Assembly: GCF_009914755.1 (NCBI RefSeq)
Contig: NC_060929.1
Strand: one strand, 5' to 3'
Source: the human T2T-CHM13v2.0 reference genome, Homo sapiens
DNA length: 64,000 bases
Positions 24,666 through 39,188 of this stretch are shown piece after piece. The notes beneath the pieces were generated by a model. That model was not told where the DNA came from. It did no database searches and was given only the letters and a program-made list of their open reading frames with translations. The stretch's first letter is position 1, and every line of letters begins with the position of its first letter. The position numbers and the translations under genes are program-made.

Positions 24666-25955
24666 ATAAAAGTCATGAGAATGGAAGTTTACCTTGATAG
24701 ACCATTTACTATTTTTTATTTTTGTGTCTCTAATCTTAGAGTGGTTAACTCTCTAAGAATATCTGGTTGACATATTTTTCACAGTGACATAAAAGAGTAA
24801 TTATTTTCTCATTTGTTTCCCTGACAGCTTTCTCTTCACTTCCTTAAGATTAGAAGTTCTAATTTGGCTAATTGATTCAGTTAATAATGAGCACCAAATT
24901 CTGAATAGGAGATTGGTAAGAAGGGTTCTATAAAACCACTGATAAAGGTGTGATGCAGTAAAAACATCAGAATAGGTGTAATAATTTTAAGGGGCTGTGG
25001 TGGGATGCAGGAGTATAGAAGATCCTAATATCTGTGTTTTGAATAAAGATGATATTTCTTTTGCACAATTTCTCTGTCTGTGTTTCAGTCTTGTGAGATA
25101 AGAGGAATATGAAGGGGATTGAGGAGGGGCTGAATCTGAGAAGTGTAGCCACAAACCACTGTTTCTTGTCCCAGTTCCATTAGCACCGTATAGTCAAGTG
25201 CTTTGGTACTGTGAGTGTACTTCGGTAGCTTGTAATTGCCCTGTGCTTCAGTCAAGAGATGGGTAATTGCTCCTATGGGCCATGGATTTCCTGCTAGCAG
25301 CATCTGATTGAAACAAGCCATTTATTGTGGTTAAAAACCCCAGAATTGCTGCAGTGTTTACAGATAAACCTTCTGTGCGGCAGTCATTTATTCTACCCAG
25401 CCATCCATATATCAAAAATATTACACACTACCCCCCTCTTTTTTTCTTGAAGACAGATCAACTATTCTTTTCAGTTTGATTAAATTTCAGTATGTAGTGT
25501 TGATGTGCCAACTCTTTTCTCTTGTAGCTTATGATTTAAATAAAGTTGCATTACTTTGGACTTAAGTTCTATTCTCTTTTGGGGGCAGTTGTTAATAGCC
25601 ACACTCCACACTACTGTAGTTGTAGTCAGGTACTTTTGCAAAGTTGTCTTTTCTTCTTTCTGTTCCTCCAGTAAGACAAATACAGATATTATAATACTCA
25701 TGTGTCTGTTGATGCCCTCATGACTTGAAACGTAGCAAAGGTAAGCCATTTATTCCTTAGCAATTATGAGCCTTTAGGTTTCTGGTAAGACGAAAGAGAA
25801 CTGTTTGTTTTCTAATTTTAATGACACCTGCATTTGCAATGTGTACAATCCATGATCCTCCATAATAACATAAGGTAGATGACACTCTGCCCATACTCAA
25901 TTTTTATCGAGGTTCCTATTCATCGACCTCTACATTTCCATTAAAATTAGGTTTT

Positions 25956-26254
<299 letters not shown>

Positions 26255-26732
26255 TTAGGTTTTAGGGGCTGAATGAGCAGTTCGACGTCTACATATGATT
26301 CAAACCTGTCCAGTTGATCTTGAGATTTGGTTGAATTTAATTTAATTTCTCTGTTTTTGAATAGTAACATTGATAACCATCTTTCACTTGCTTCCTTCAT
26401 TCTTGTGTCAAGAACAAAGGAATGGTTAGAGATAAACTGGTTAGGGATAAATGTTCAGGAACAAACTGGGAATTCCCTGGACTTGGGAAATCAGAAACTT
26501 GGTCATTTCCCACCACATCCCCCTTTTAAACTTCCCTGCCAACCTGTATACTTGGTTGGAGTTCATGACTAATGTATGTTCTTTCTATAAGAATGAGTAG
26601 GATTGTCTGGTAATTTTAACATTTCCGTGCAAATTCTATAGGTTGATTGGTAGGAAATATGGTTAATTCACTTTTTTTTGATTGAATAACTGTGAAGGAT
26701 TTCTATCATTATGGTCAGACCTAGTCAAATAA

Positions 26733-27071
<339 letters not shown>

Positions 27072-27519
27072 GAGGATCATTTTTTGTGTTTTCTTTAGCA
27101 CCCTATGCTCTGTTTGCAGCCCTATTTTCCTTAAATATGTGGAGCTGGTCAGTTTATTTATAATGGAGTGTCCAAGAATATATTAATTAGGATTCACACA
27201 GCTCTATTCAAGCTTGGGTCCCTCAGACAATGATTCCTAATTTACTCTCCAAATTCTGAGGTTGAAATTAATGGTTTGAGCAAAAGCAATATACAATAGT
27301 TGAATTAAAGCAAAGAATACTTGTCCATAGTACACAGATCAATAAATGTGGTGCCCTGGTAGATGGAAGATGAGCTGTGCGTGTCTGAGTGCTTAAGAGC
27401 ATGGGCACAGAACAAGAAAATAAAAACTCAGCCCCTATGGTGGTACAGGTGTATGAAGCATTTTAGCAGATCCAAATTTCGCATAAAGATTCATAGAGTA
27501 AGAATTAAGTTTACAAAAG

Positions 27520-28720
27520 TAATTCTTCATAAATTAACACTTTCTTATAGGCTCAGGTAGTTGGCTTATATATTTACCTTGTTTACCTTATGAGGTAGAT
27601 GTATTCTCACCTTACCTAAAGATGAAGGTGCAAAGGCTCTTGAAGGTTGAATAACTTGATCTAGGTCATGGAGTTTGGAAGAGGAACAGCTGGGGTTCTA
27701 ACTCAGACAAGCCTGACTCCCAAATCCACGTGCTTTTCACGATTTCATTCGGTTCTTTAATTTTTCTTATGATTTCTCTGAATAGTAAATTTCCTTAGTG
27801 CAGTTAAATATGATTTGATTGATTGGTATTTGGTTTTTGCTTGGCTTTTAAAGAACTCCTTCAATTATTGATTCATTCAGCTAATATTTATTTTCGTATC
27901 TCCCGTGTGTCAGGCACTGGTAGCCACTGAGAATACAAAGATGAATGCAATGTGGTTCCCTTTCTTTAGAAGCTTTCAGAGAGGGAACAGATATGCAAAA
28001 AATATTTATGATTCAGTATGAGAGCCATATTAGAAGTATGTCCAAGTTTCAGGTGTGGGACAAAATGTAAGAAAGCATTTTGAGGGAGGAAGTTGTATTT
28101 GGCAAAGGGGTCTTACAAAAAAAGGAGTTTTAACAGGGGTCTTAAAAGATAGTGATGATGATAATAATGATAATTAGATAATAGCTACTAGTTTCTGAAC
28201 ACTTAGAATGTTCCAAAAAGCTGATTAATGTCTTATGTTGTTTAAAACTCTCAACATCTTTAGGTGTTCTTTTCATATCTCATTGATGAGAAAACAGAAG
28301 TTAGGGAAGTTAAACAACTAACTACTAGATGATGGAACCAGGATGCAAAGTCAAGTAGCTGGTTTCAAAAAGTCAGCCCCATTTTGTGGATCTGTTTTAC
28401 TGAAGCTATAGTGAGTGAGGATTTGCCTAGAAGATTGTGGGCTTGGGATGAAGGGACAATTGAAGACTGCAGACGGGTTTGACTGGCCAAGTGACCAGCA
28501 TGTGCAAAGACAGGGAGAAGAGAAACAATGTGGTATAAATTGTGGAGTTCTATGTTGCAACATCTGGCTGAATTGTACCTTATACGTTGAATGTTGTTAA
28601 GGAAGAAAGCCCTGAGATTGTGTTCGGATCAAGAAGGACCCATTTGGACATGAGAAGGAGTTTGGACTAGGCGTCATTGGAGGACTGTAAGTAGGGGAAT
28701 GAAATGATCCCATTAGTTTT
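27520..28720 (-). mobile_element. Cluster of MIR (about 27520-27750 and 28150-28370) and L2 (about 27870-28150 and 28400-28720) fragments
   Basis: ATTCATTCAGCTAATATTTATT...GTGTCAGGCACTG (L2 end) and MIR core motifs. Confidence 0.6.
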
Positions 28721-28960
28721 CATCAGTGAGGTATGCACAGGTAATTAGAAGACATTCTAGGTTTCAGGGATATGAGTTAAAGCCCTCAAAAAAATGTTAA
28801 CAAGCAGCAATTTAATAGCTTTAACTTTTTATCATCATGCTTTCTTTCTAGTCAGAGCACTTCTGACAAAGAGGTTAGGTAAGTCCTTGAAACTGAAATC
28901 TGCAAATACCATGCCCATTTATCTGGGTTGCAGATAGAACTGAAAGAACCTTGATCACGC

Positions 28961-29361
<401 letters not shown>

Positions 29362-31819
29362 TGAGTCACAGATTTAGGTCTTTCTCCCCACCCTGCCTCC
29401 CCTGCTCCGGCAGAATGCATTCTAACATTTTATAGGCTATAACCCAAACCCCAGGCTTGCAACCCATAAAATGGATATTGACAACCCATTTGGGGGAAGG
29501 AGAGCTGTGGTTGAAAGGGTCACTGGGTTACCGATCTTGATTGCTGTCTTTCTCGGTATGGCAGCTATCAGACGGAATGCACCACCTGAAGATTTAAAGC
29601 CAGCAGCAGTCTTAATCTCTTCTGATATTTTCCTCCTTAGATTGGCTCAAGCATTGCCTGACACTGGCAGCTGTTTTCTCTGACTTTCTTTGCTGTTATA
29701 TGATGACCTTTTCTTTGTTTATTGTTTTATTTGAACTTTCTGAGAGTTTATATAATTGATGGGCCTGTGTACCACAGTATGTCTGGAAATCTGCTAGTGA
29801 AATACTACAATGTCTGTATGCATGTTTTTTCCTTTCCTTCCATCTCCACCCTCACTTCTGATGTCAGATAGTCAACATTCCAACTAGTGAGCTGATATGG
29901 TAATAGGGAATTTTCCTTATCTTGTAAGCAAAAGGTTTGGGTCAATCAGAGTCACCTAGGGTCAGCCTACATTAGAAATATCAACTTTTTGCTGACAGTT
30001 TCTTGGGCTTTGATATAATACCCAAGTTGTAGGTTTTGATATATTTCTGAACAGAGATCCATCTCTACTTACTTTACCTCAGCTTGACAGGGGTGTTGAA
30101 AAATACGAATCATGATATTGTTCATTACTTAAGAAAAATATGCAGTAAATGATTGTCAATATAGGTTTGCTAGCTTATCATGTAATGTTTTTGTCTGATT
30201 TAATAAACCCACAGGAGTTAGAAAAAGACACAAGAAATGAAAAAAAGCAAGTTACAAAACAGAATGTATAGAATCCCATTTTTGAGCTAAATTGTATATG
30301 ATATCAGATTAAAGATATGGAGGAAAAACATCAGAAAGTTAGTAGTGATACCCTTTGGGTCACAAGGATTTTTTATGTCATTTATTCCTGTATTAGTGTG
30401 TGATTTCTTATATTTAGAAAAGTTTAAAAACAGAGACATTAAGCACTGGCATAACTCAAAAGCTTCTCATATGTAACAAGGTAGAATGATTAGCAAATAC
30501 ATAAAATATTTTATATGTTTCAAATAAAGAAGTTAATTGTTCAGTTGACGTGGTTAAGCCTAAAGTTTCCTAGTTGTCATTTTAAATTGAACTGTGCCTG
30601 GGTTTTGTGAGAATGATTGAGCCTCTGATATTTTGACAGTAAGGAATTAGGCTTGGTAAGTTATTACTTTCATATTCTTAGAGCCTGTGATCAAGGTAAG
30701 CATTAAAAACACTTCCACTAGTTTTAGCAATTGATATGCAAATAGATGCATTTGCAGATAGCTCTTGCTCATGTTTGGTGCTAGCCATGGTCATATATAT
30801 ACATATATGTCTATATGTATACATATTTTAGTACCTTCTCTGTCAGTCAGTCCTGCCTAATATCCATTGGGAGCAAATGGTATGCCAAACATCATAATGG
30901 GTGTTCAGAATAAGAAATACATGATGCCTGTCCTCAGGGGGCTCATGGTTGCTTTGAAAAGGAATTCAGTGTAAATATTGAATTTCATTGCTTAGATGTG
31001 TTTTCATTTATAGAGGGAGATGGATTCTAAAATTGTTGTGCTTCGCCATACCTTCTGAGAGGTGTTCTAAAACAAGGCATCACTGCCAGGCAATGTTGTG
31101 ACTGAATATTTTCTCAAGGGGACATAGTTAATCATTAAACATCTAGTTTGGTGCTGATTTAGCAAAAATTCTTCATGAGTGTTCACAATTGTGATTTTCC
31201 TTGAGTTGCTTAGGGTAGATTTGGAAACCTGAGGGTGAGAGCTGAAGTGTCTGGTTTGGCTCAAGGGCCTGATGTGAGGGGGAATTTTTAGAGTCTTTTC
31301 AGGATCCTGTAAAGTTAGTCCTGTGTCCCCTGCTCATGGAATAATGCTCTAGGTGCTTAGAAGATAAGAAAACTAACTACTAAGTAATGGAGTTGGCAAG
31401 AGAAATTTTAAATCCAGAGGGCATTCATCAAGGTTGATCAGGCACTCAGATTGTCTGGGTTGGCTCTTCGTGATCACGGAAAACCAGCAGGGGGTGGGGT
31501 GCAGGAAGACATGATACTCAGGGTTGCCTCTTATTTCTGTTAGCAAATATGTCTGTTAGAGGGCATCGTGTCTTGATACACAAGATATCAAAATTAAAAA
31601 ATTAAAAATACTCCAAAACAAATGCATTGAGAGAAATTTATGCCAGAAAACTTTCAAATATAGAGAAAAATGCTATCCCTTTAATATCATTATTTGAGAG
31701 AAGGTATTCAGATTTTTGAATGAATTTAATATTTTTCATAATATTTGTGTTTATATATGGATTTGATCTATCTATCCATCCAGATTTGACCTACATACAC
31801 ATATGAATTCATTCCAGTC

Positions 31820-31965
31820 ATTTTCTGAGCCTAATTTCCTCTTTTATAAAATGAGGACACTGATGCCTTCCTGGCACGTGACAGACACTAAGATCAGTTT
31901 GTGGAGCTAAATTTAAAGTGCTTAGCACAGTTCTTGGCAAAAAGTAAGGCATTCAACAAATGCTG
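31820..31965 (+). mobile_element. MIR fragment
   Basis: CTGAGCCTAATTTCCTCTTTTATAAAATGAGGA...AAAGTGCTTAGCACAG. Confidence 0.7.
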
Positions 31966-32302
31966 TACCCCTTCCTCACCTTTATGTTGGGATATGAAGA
32001 TGAGTGAGACATAGTGTCTGTCTTTGAGAACCTTCTGGTTTAGTGGGAAAGAAAACCAGGTTAATAAATAGAACCCATGAGACCTCCTATGGAAGGTGTT
32101 TTGGGCCTGACAAGGCAATGACTAAGGACCTCTGTGTTTTCACCACACCAGAATTGTCCAAGTCAGCCATGTTATTTGCATAGGATGGAATTGAATGTCC
32201 ACGCAAAAGCCTTGAAGTCATTGGCAACCTGTAAGAAAATGTTGTAATGGTGAAAGCGCTTAATGTGTACACTGAATAGAGAATGATTTTTAGCAGAGGG
32301 CG

Positions 32303-32749
32303 TGCATTAGTTTCCCAGGCTGCCATAACAAAGTACTGCAAACAGGGTGGCTTAAATAACAGAAGTTTATTGCCTCGCAGTTCTGGAGGCTCAAACTCTG
32401 AGGTAAAGGTATGGACATGGTTGGTTTCTTCTGAGGGCTGTGAATCTGATCCATGCCACTTTCATAGCTTCCAGTGGTTTGCTGGAATCTTTTGTGTTCC
32501 TTGGCTTCTGCTGTATCACTGCCTTCATCTTCACGTGGTGTTCTCCTGGGTGTATGTCTGTGTCTGAATGTCCCCTTCTTATATGGACACCAGTTGTTTT
32601 AGATGAGGAGCCTACCATACTCCACTGTGACCTCATCTTAACTAAGTACATCTGCATTGACTCTGTTTACAAATAAAGTCAAGTTCTACGATACTGAAGC
32701 TTAGGACTTCTACATATGAATTTTGGGGAACATAATTCAACCCATGATA
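32303..32749 (-). mobile_element. MLT1C-like solo LTR
   Basis: TGCATTAGTTTCCCAGGCTGCCATAACAAAGTAC...GACCTCATCTTAACTAA...ATAATTCAACCCAT. Confidence 0.88.
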
Positions 32750-32919
32750 GCACCCTTTTTGATATAAGAAGTAAGTGTTTCTGTATATTTTTTAAGGTAC
32801 AAGGAGGAACAACAAATTAGCATTTCTCCCAAATGCAATAGGCATTAGAAAGGCACACATTTTATCTGGATGAACACAACAGAAAAGAATAGATATTGAG
32901 AGAGAAAGAAAGGAGCTAG

Positions 32920-33150
32920 CCTTCATTGGATGCTTTCTATTGTCTAGACACTATTAGATTCTTTGTCCAAGTTATTTCATTAAAATAATTCAGTCCTCAT
33001 TAAGACATACTTATAGGGACATTTTGACTTTGTAGATGTAGAAACTGAGGCTCACAGGCGTGGAATAACTACCCAGAGTTTGGAGCCACAAAGGGGTAGA
33101 GATTTGAAAAGTAATTTGTTGCGTGCCAGAAAACATGTTTCTCCCTTCTA
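32920..33150 (-). mobile_element. MIR
   Basis: TTTGTAGATGTAGAAACTGAGGCTCACAG. Confidence 0.65.
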
Positions 33151-34399
33151 GCATGATGTCATCCCAAGAAAAAAAAAAGAAGCTGTGATGATACATGAAA
33201 GATTGTGGAAGTCAAAGACCCTAGAACATTGTTCTATAAAGAGTGGCTCTTGTCAACTGGAGTAGCATTATCAGTCAGGGTCTTAGCCATATTTTAAAAC
33301 TTTAAAATAGAAACAGATACCCCAATATTCTTTCATTCTTGCAAAGATCCTATTATAGGCAAACATAAAAACCATCAATCCAAACCTCAGTTCAAAAAAT
33401 TTACAATTTTCTACATTTTCTTACCCCACTCATCAGCTTGCTCACCACCGTAGGAAAAACTGAATCCACAATTGGATCATAAGAAGAGGCTCTTCTGGTG
33501 GTTCACATGGAAACTTTGGCCACTTAAAATCTGACTTTCTTCTGTTTAGCATTCAACATATTCAATCCTCCACAGCCTCCGCGACCCCCCCACCCTGCCA
33601 CCATTTCCCTTTCTTCTTCTCTATTCTTGTCCTACCACATCCGTGTCATGGAAATGGCTACTGAAATAAATTAGTTTAATTTGTGAAATCACATTATGGT
33701 TCTCTCTGCTCATGCCAGTTTGCCCAGATTAGCCCAAGCAGATGGCTCTGGAGTTTCATCACTGGTGAGAAAAGGGGCCTTTTCCAGAGATGAAATACTA
33801 GTGTGGGAGAAATGTTGTGGATGCCAAAAAGCTGTGTGCTTGAGTTTTTGGGCTAGCAAAAGCAGAGCTTCACATCAGGTCGACTCTGCCTTCTGAAGAG
33901 AGGGCTCTCGGAGAGCTAGAAGCAGCTGGTTCTGGAGAAAAGATGGCTTGAAAAGAATCAGAGGCATTATGAGTCTTAAATTATTTAAGTTCCTCCTGTG
34001 GCAGCGAACTGTAATTGCTTCCTATTTCTGTAAATATTAGCAGCTGTGAGCCTTTCAAGTAAGAAGCTAAAACAGCACTCAGTGTATCATACTTAACTCC
34101 GGAATATTGTTAAATATCTGACCTTGGGCTGTCAAAGCACACTCATTACCCACACTAGCCCTTCTGCTGGGGAGTTGTTGACACTCTGAACTGGTGCTTT
34201 ATTTTCAGCCTGGGCTGTAATAGCCTCGATGGATGGAGAATCAGCAAAGGGAATTGCAAGTCACCAAGTAGCAACGTCTTGATCCATTTCCTCAGAGGAG
34301 GTCGCTTTTGCGCTTGCTGCCTTTTAGTTGTTTTCACACCTGTGACTCCACCTACAGCTGGCATGACAGATCCTTCATCAAACAGCAAAAACTTGAAGT

Positions 34400-34880
34400 C
34401 AGCTGCTACTCTTCCCAAACTACTTTTTATGCCAGCTCTTACCTCTTTCTTCTTCATTGATCTCTGCCTCATGTTCCATGCTATAGTCATACTCATTTTT
34501 TTTCAGTCTTTAGATCCTCATATTCTCCCTTGTCTCTTGGAGTTGGTCCATGCTGAGCCCTCTATTTGGAACACACTCTGCTCATCCCATTGTGCCTCTA
34601 TGCTAGCTTCCACTTATTTTTACTGATGACACCTGCTTTTATTGATAGACGCCTTCCCTGACCATCCAAATCTTGGCTAGTTATGTCTTACTTATTTTCC
34701 CATATTTCTGGGCATTTTTCCCATAAGAACACACACCACACTAGATTGTAAAAACTTATTTTGTGGTCTTTGTCTAGTGAGCTCCCTGAGGGTAAATGTC
34801 AGTCCTATTTGTGGTTTTAGTTGCAGGGTCTGTTTGGAGACTGGCACATAGCAAGTGCTTCATAAACATTTGTCGAATTC
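34400..34880 (+). mobile_element. L2 3' fragment
   Basis: CCTTCCCTGACCATCC...GAGCTCCCTGAGGG...CTGGCACATAGCAAGTGCTTCATAAACATTTGTCGAAT. Confidence 0.7.
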
Positions 34881-35069
34881 ATGCTTCTATGTCTAGCATT
34901 GTTGAGACCCAATACCAGAGGGATTATCTTAGTCTTGAGGAATAGAGCTGCCAAGCAATCAGTCTATGTGGCAGAATCTCATAGATGTCTTCAAATAGTC
35001 AGTTCCTCTCCTTTCTTGTTAATACATTTGTTTGGATTAGAATGTGACCAGCTCAGTAGGTAAATCATG

Positions 35070-35520
35070 AATGGCCTAAGCCAATTATTAAAATCCCATT
35101 TCTTTTCACCATTGTTTGGTTCAGCAGTGGGCATGCGGGTCAGTTCTGGCCAATGCGACATAAAGGGGAGTACTTTGAAGGTTCCAGGAAAGATATTGCT
35201 TTTTGTTAATAGAGTTTTGTGAGAAGGAAGCCATTTTGATCCTTGCCCATTCCTTTCTACTTACGTGCTTTCATGGAAGATAAAAAGAGGTGCTACAAAC
35301 GGTTAGCAACCATGAGGAAATAGACCCGAAAATGAAGGCAACACATGAGGACGGGCAAGTGGAAAGATGGAAGGTTCTTAGGTCCTTGATGGTGTTGCTG
35401 AGTTGCCAAAGTCAACCTTGGGACAATTTGCCTCTGGATGTTTATGAAGCAAACAATAAATCATCGTCTGGTTTTAGTTACTTTTTTGTTACCTACAGCT
35501 AAAATTATTCTAACTGATAT
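35070..35520 (+). mobile_element. MLT1 (J/K-like) LTR
   Basis: GTCAGTTCTGGCCAATG...GGAAAGATGGAAGGTTCTTAGGTCCTTGATG...TTCTAACTGATA. Confidence 0.7.
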
Positions 35521-36699
35521 AGACACCAGGAAAAGAAAGGTGGGTGCATGGATTTTGGGGCTCATTTAAAAAAACTGAAGAGACGCTGTGACATGATGAG
35601 AGAAGACAGCATAGAAAATGTACTGGATTTGAGGCTGAGACATCTTAGTTCTATCCACAACTGTCCTGAATCTTTTCTGTGTGATCTTGGACAAGCCGTT
35701 CTTCTGCCTTATTCTCTAGTCAGGCAATAATTTATTCAACAGGCAACAAAAAATGCATTTGATTGCCAACCGTGTGTTATATACTATATTAAGTGTTTAG
35801 GAACACAAGGTTAAACTAGATGATGATCTCTAAGTTCCTTTATTTATAAAACTGATTCATCTTTTATTTTTATGTCTTTGAAAAGAGTTTTAGAAACTGT
35901 GAGTCCATAAAAATCCTGTACAACTTCCCCAGAAAATCTGCCTTGATTCCAAGCATGTTTACCGTTGGCCTTTCTCCTCATCCAAATTTTTTGCAGATCC
36001 CGTCTGATAAAATTTAAAAAAAACCCCACAAACCCACCAGCATCTGTCTCTGGCAAGCATGCTCGTGAGTCACATCTCCTCTGCAAAGCAAAGTCTCATG
36101 AAACTAACTGATTAAAAGGAGAACATAAAGAGGGGGTAGTGTGTTGAATTTATTTTAGGTTTAGCCTTCTAATTTCCATTCCACTTGCACTTATTTATTC
36201 AGTCACAAGGTCTTGGCACTTGCAATATATTTAGGTGACCCTGCTCTGGCTCTCCTCCCTAGTTTCCTGGTGGGGAAGAAAGGTTATGGTGTTGTCATCA
36301 GTGTCATTATAGCCACAGCTGACCACACTCAGTGGGTGATTTCTCACCGGTTCATCATCATCTCGCTTTGATTGGGACAGTGCTTTTGATTCAAACTCCC
36401 ACAATCCTGCAAGTTGTTTATAGGTAGTAACCCCTGTTCTTGGTGGTGGTGCCGTGCTGCTCGATCGGGAATCATTCTTCTTAGCTGGGGGCACTGGGCA
36501 AAGGCTGGGTTGCAGATAGTCATCATTCCAAATGGGATAGAGGATGGTGAAGAGCTGACCAGTAGCAGCTGCTGGTTGTAAGTTTTAGGATATTGGCTTG
36601 ACTGCCAGGTGTAAGTAATGTAAAGCTTATACAGTGGTTCATGGTGTGTGGACTCAACAAATTCTGTGTTGTTGCTCTTCTATTGTTAGCATGTGACTT

Positions 36700-37000
36700 C
36701 TTTCTCTGGGTCTATGGTGGGTGCTTTAGTTCCCATCACTGGGTCTGAATTTCAACAAGTGGGAAGAAAGGAAGAATAATAGGATTGCATGTGTCTTGTT
36801 TTTTGGATGTGACCCAGAAAGATGCACGAGTAACTTCTGCTCATGACCTTCATTGGCTAGCACCTGGTCACGTAGCCACATCTAGCTTTAAGGAAGATTA
36901 GGAAATGCGGTATTTAACTTGGCAGCCATGCACACAGATACTTCTATTATAACAGAAAAATTGACATGGGGTAGAAGGCTAGAAATCTCAGGCACAGTAA
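36700..37000 (-). mobile_element. Old LTR fragment (MLT1/LTR33-like)
   Basis: CATTGGCTAGCACCTGGTCACGTAGCCACATCTAGCTTTAAGGAAGATTAGGAAATG. Confidence 0.7.
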
Positions 37001-37067
37001 TCTTCAAGGGATGGTAACAGGAGTAGCAACTTGGTGAGTTTCAGCATCTATGCAGCTGTGAATTCTA

Positions 37068-37368
37068 TTTTTTTTTTTTTTTTTGAGACAGGGTCTCATT
37101 CTGTCACCCAGGCTGGAGTGTAGTGGTATGATCTCGGCTCACCGCAAACTCTGCCCCCCCAGGCTCAAGCAATTCTCCTGCCTCAGCCTCCTGAGTATCT
37201 GGGATTACAGCTGTGTGCCACTACCACCTGGCTAATTTTTGTATTTTTAGTAGAGATGGGGTTTTACCATGTTGGCCAGGCTGGTCTCGAACTTCTGACC
37301 GCAAATGGTCCACCCGCCTCGGCCTCCCAAAGTGCTGGGATTGCAGGCATAAGCCACCATGCCCGGCC
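37068..37368 (-). mobile_element. AluS
   Basis: Complete dimer; degenerate TSD CAGC..TGAATTCT on both sides. Confidence 0.95.
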
Positions 37369-38968
37369 ACAGCCCTGAATTCTTTATGGAATAATTCTCA
37401 CTTGAGCAACACCTCATAGTTTCCCTCTTGCATTCTCTTATTTGTGTTCTTGTTTCTTCTCCCAGCTACTGTCCACTTTCTGGGAGTGGAAAAACCTGTC
37501 CTATAACAGGATCCTCCTGTACTGGGATTAGGTCAATGGCACTTTCTGTGATTTAAATCATATTTGTGCATTTGCTTCCATTTTTACAGGCTGGAGAAGC
37601 AGATTGATACCTAAACATATACTTCAAAGTAGAGTTTTGCCCCATCCCTTCCGCCAGTGTGTTAGCAGAGCCCTTTGCCTCTAAAGGGGAGAGCAGAACC
37701 CCAGTACCAGCTGCGATGCGTAAAAGAGAGACATTTAGTGACGCATCTTTTTTGCCTGGTGAGGGTATGCTCTCTAGAGATGCCTGTACCTTTTTAAGGA
37801 AAGCCAACCAAGCTGCTTTTGGTCTCTGTTTAAAATGTGTAAAAGACAGCAGCAGGTAACTTGCTCATTGTACATTCTCCAGACATTTTCACTCTCTCCC
37901 GGAGCTAAGGAGAAATGACATATTATATGTTTCTTGACAACTGATCTAGGAATATTCCTCCAAAGAACAGTTCTTGATTTGTACTTTATTTCATCCTTTT
38001 AAGAGATACACTACTAGGGAATTTAAAAGTTGTAATGTTTCATACGTGAGGGATTTAGGTTCTATCTGTCCATTATTTTGGCTGTGAATTGGTGACATTT
38101 GCTCATCTCCCAATGAAGCTCCAATATGTCCTTAATAAAACTCTGTGAACAGAGAGATCTATGCTCTGGTTTCTGCAGTGAATGAAGGAATTTTTAGCAG
38201 TTGTCCTACAGTGTTCTATATATAACTAATAGTTTAGAAAGTGAACTGTTTACCGTGGTGACTTATGGTTGTTTAGAAAAAGGAGGCCATTGGTGGAACT
38301 TTATTTTCTTATTGCATGGTAAAATTCACAAGGCCTTTCCTTGTAGAAACATGAGGAGAATTAGTACTAAGATGGTGTTAGGTGGGAAATGAGCAGCGGA
38401 GAACACCTGGGCCCCTTTCCCTTACAGTGCTCTCTTTTTTGGTCTTGAGCTGCTCGGAAAATGTGACTTTGGTCCCATATGTCAAGCATTCCCTGTTCTA
38501 GAGATGCACCAAGCTCTTGATCTCTACATCCTTTGCTGTGTGGATAAGGCTTGAGTCCTATATTTCACATCTTCAGAGGCTGGTTCTCCACTAGGTAAAG
38601 GGCTGGCCAATCTAATTTGTTTACTTTAAGAAGATTTTGAATGATGGAAACACCAGGCATTAGGTAGGTGGGCAGGGGAGATATTTTAGGGCAGATTTAG
38701 TTTTTCATTTGTTTTTTTACATTCCTTAGAAGCCCATTCCTTCCTGATTTCAGAGCTATGGACTCTCTTAGGAAAAATTAACCCAAAGATTAAATATTTT
38801 CTTATGAATGAGGAACTGAAAGAACGTTGAAGGCCAGATTCTTGAGGGTAAGAAAGAAAATTGGAAAATGAAAAGAAAGCAGCAAATGAAGTGGGTTGGA
38901 ATAATCTGTGCTTTTTTTTTTTTTGCGTTTCTCCTTTTTGTCTGGTTTTATAAGAATCTGTGTGTCTA

Positions 38969-39000
38969 TTTCTTTCCTTCCTTCCCTCCCTTTTCTTTCC

Positions 39001-39039
<39 letters not shown>

Positions 39040-39188
39040 TTTCTTTTTCTTTCTTTCTCTTTCTCTTTCTTTCTTTCTCTCTCTCTCCTTCCTTCTCTCT
39101 CTTCCTTCCTTCCTTCCTTCTTTCCTTCCTTCCTTCTCTCTTTCTCCCTTCCTTCCTTCCTCCATCCCTCCCTCCCTCCCTCCCTCTC
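38969..39188. repeat. 220-bp polypyrimidine tract of (TTTC)n/(TTCC)n/(TCCC)n
   Basis: Only one purine (A at 39164) in 220 nt. Confidence 0.97.

Noticed and set aside
37716-37747. GATGCGT...ACGCATC inverted repeat, and similar 7-bp stems such as AATTCAC-TTG-GTGAATT near 61230
   Set aside because: Stems this short are expected by chance in 64 kb
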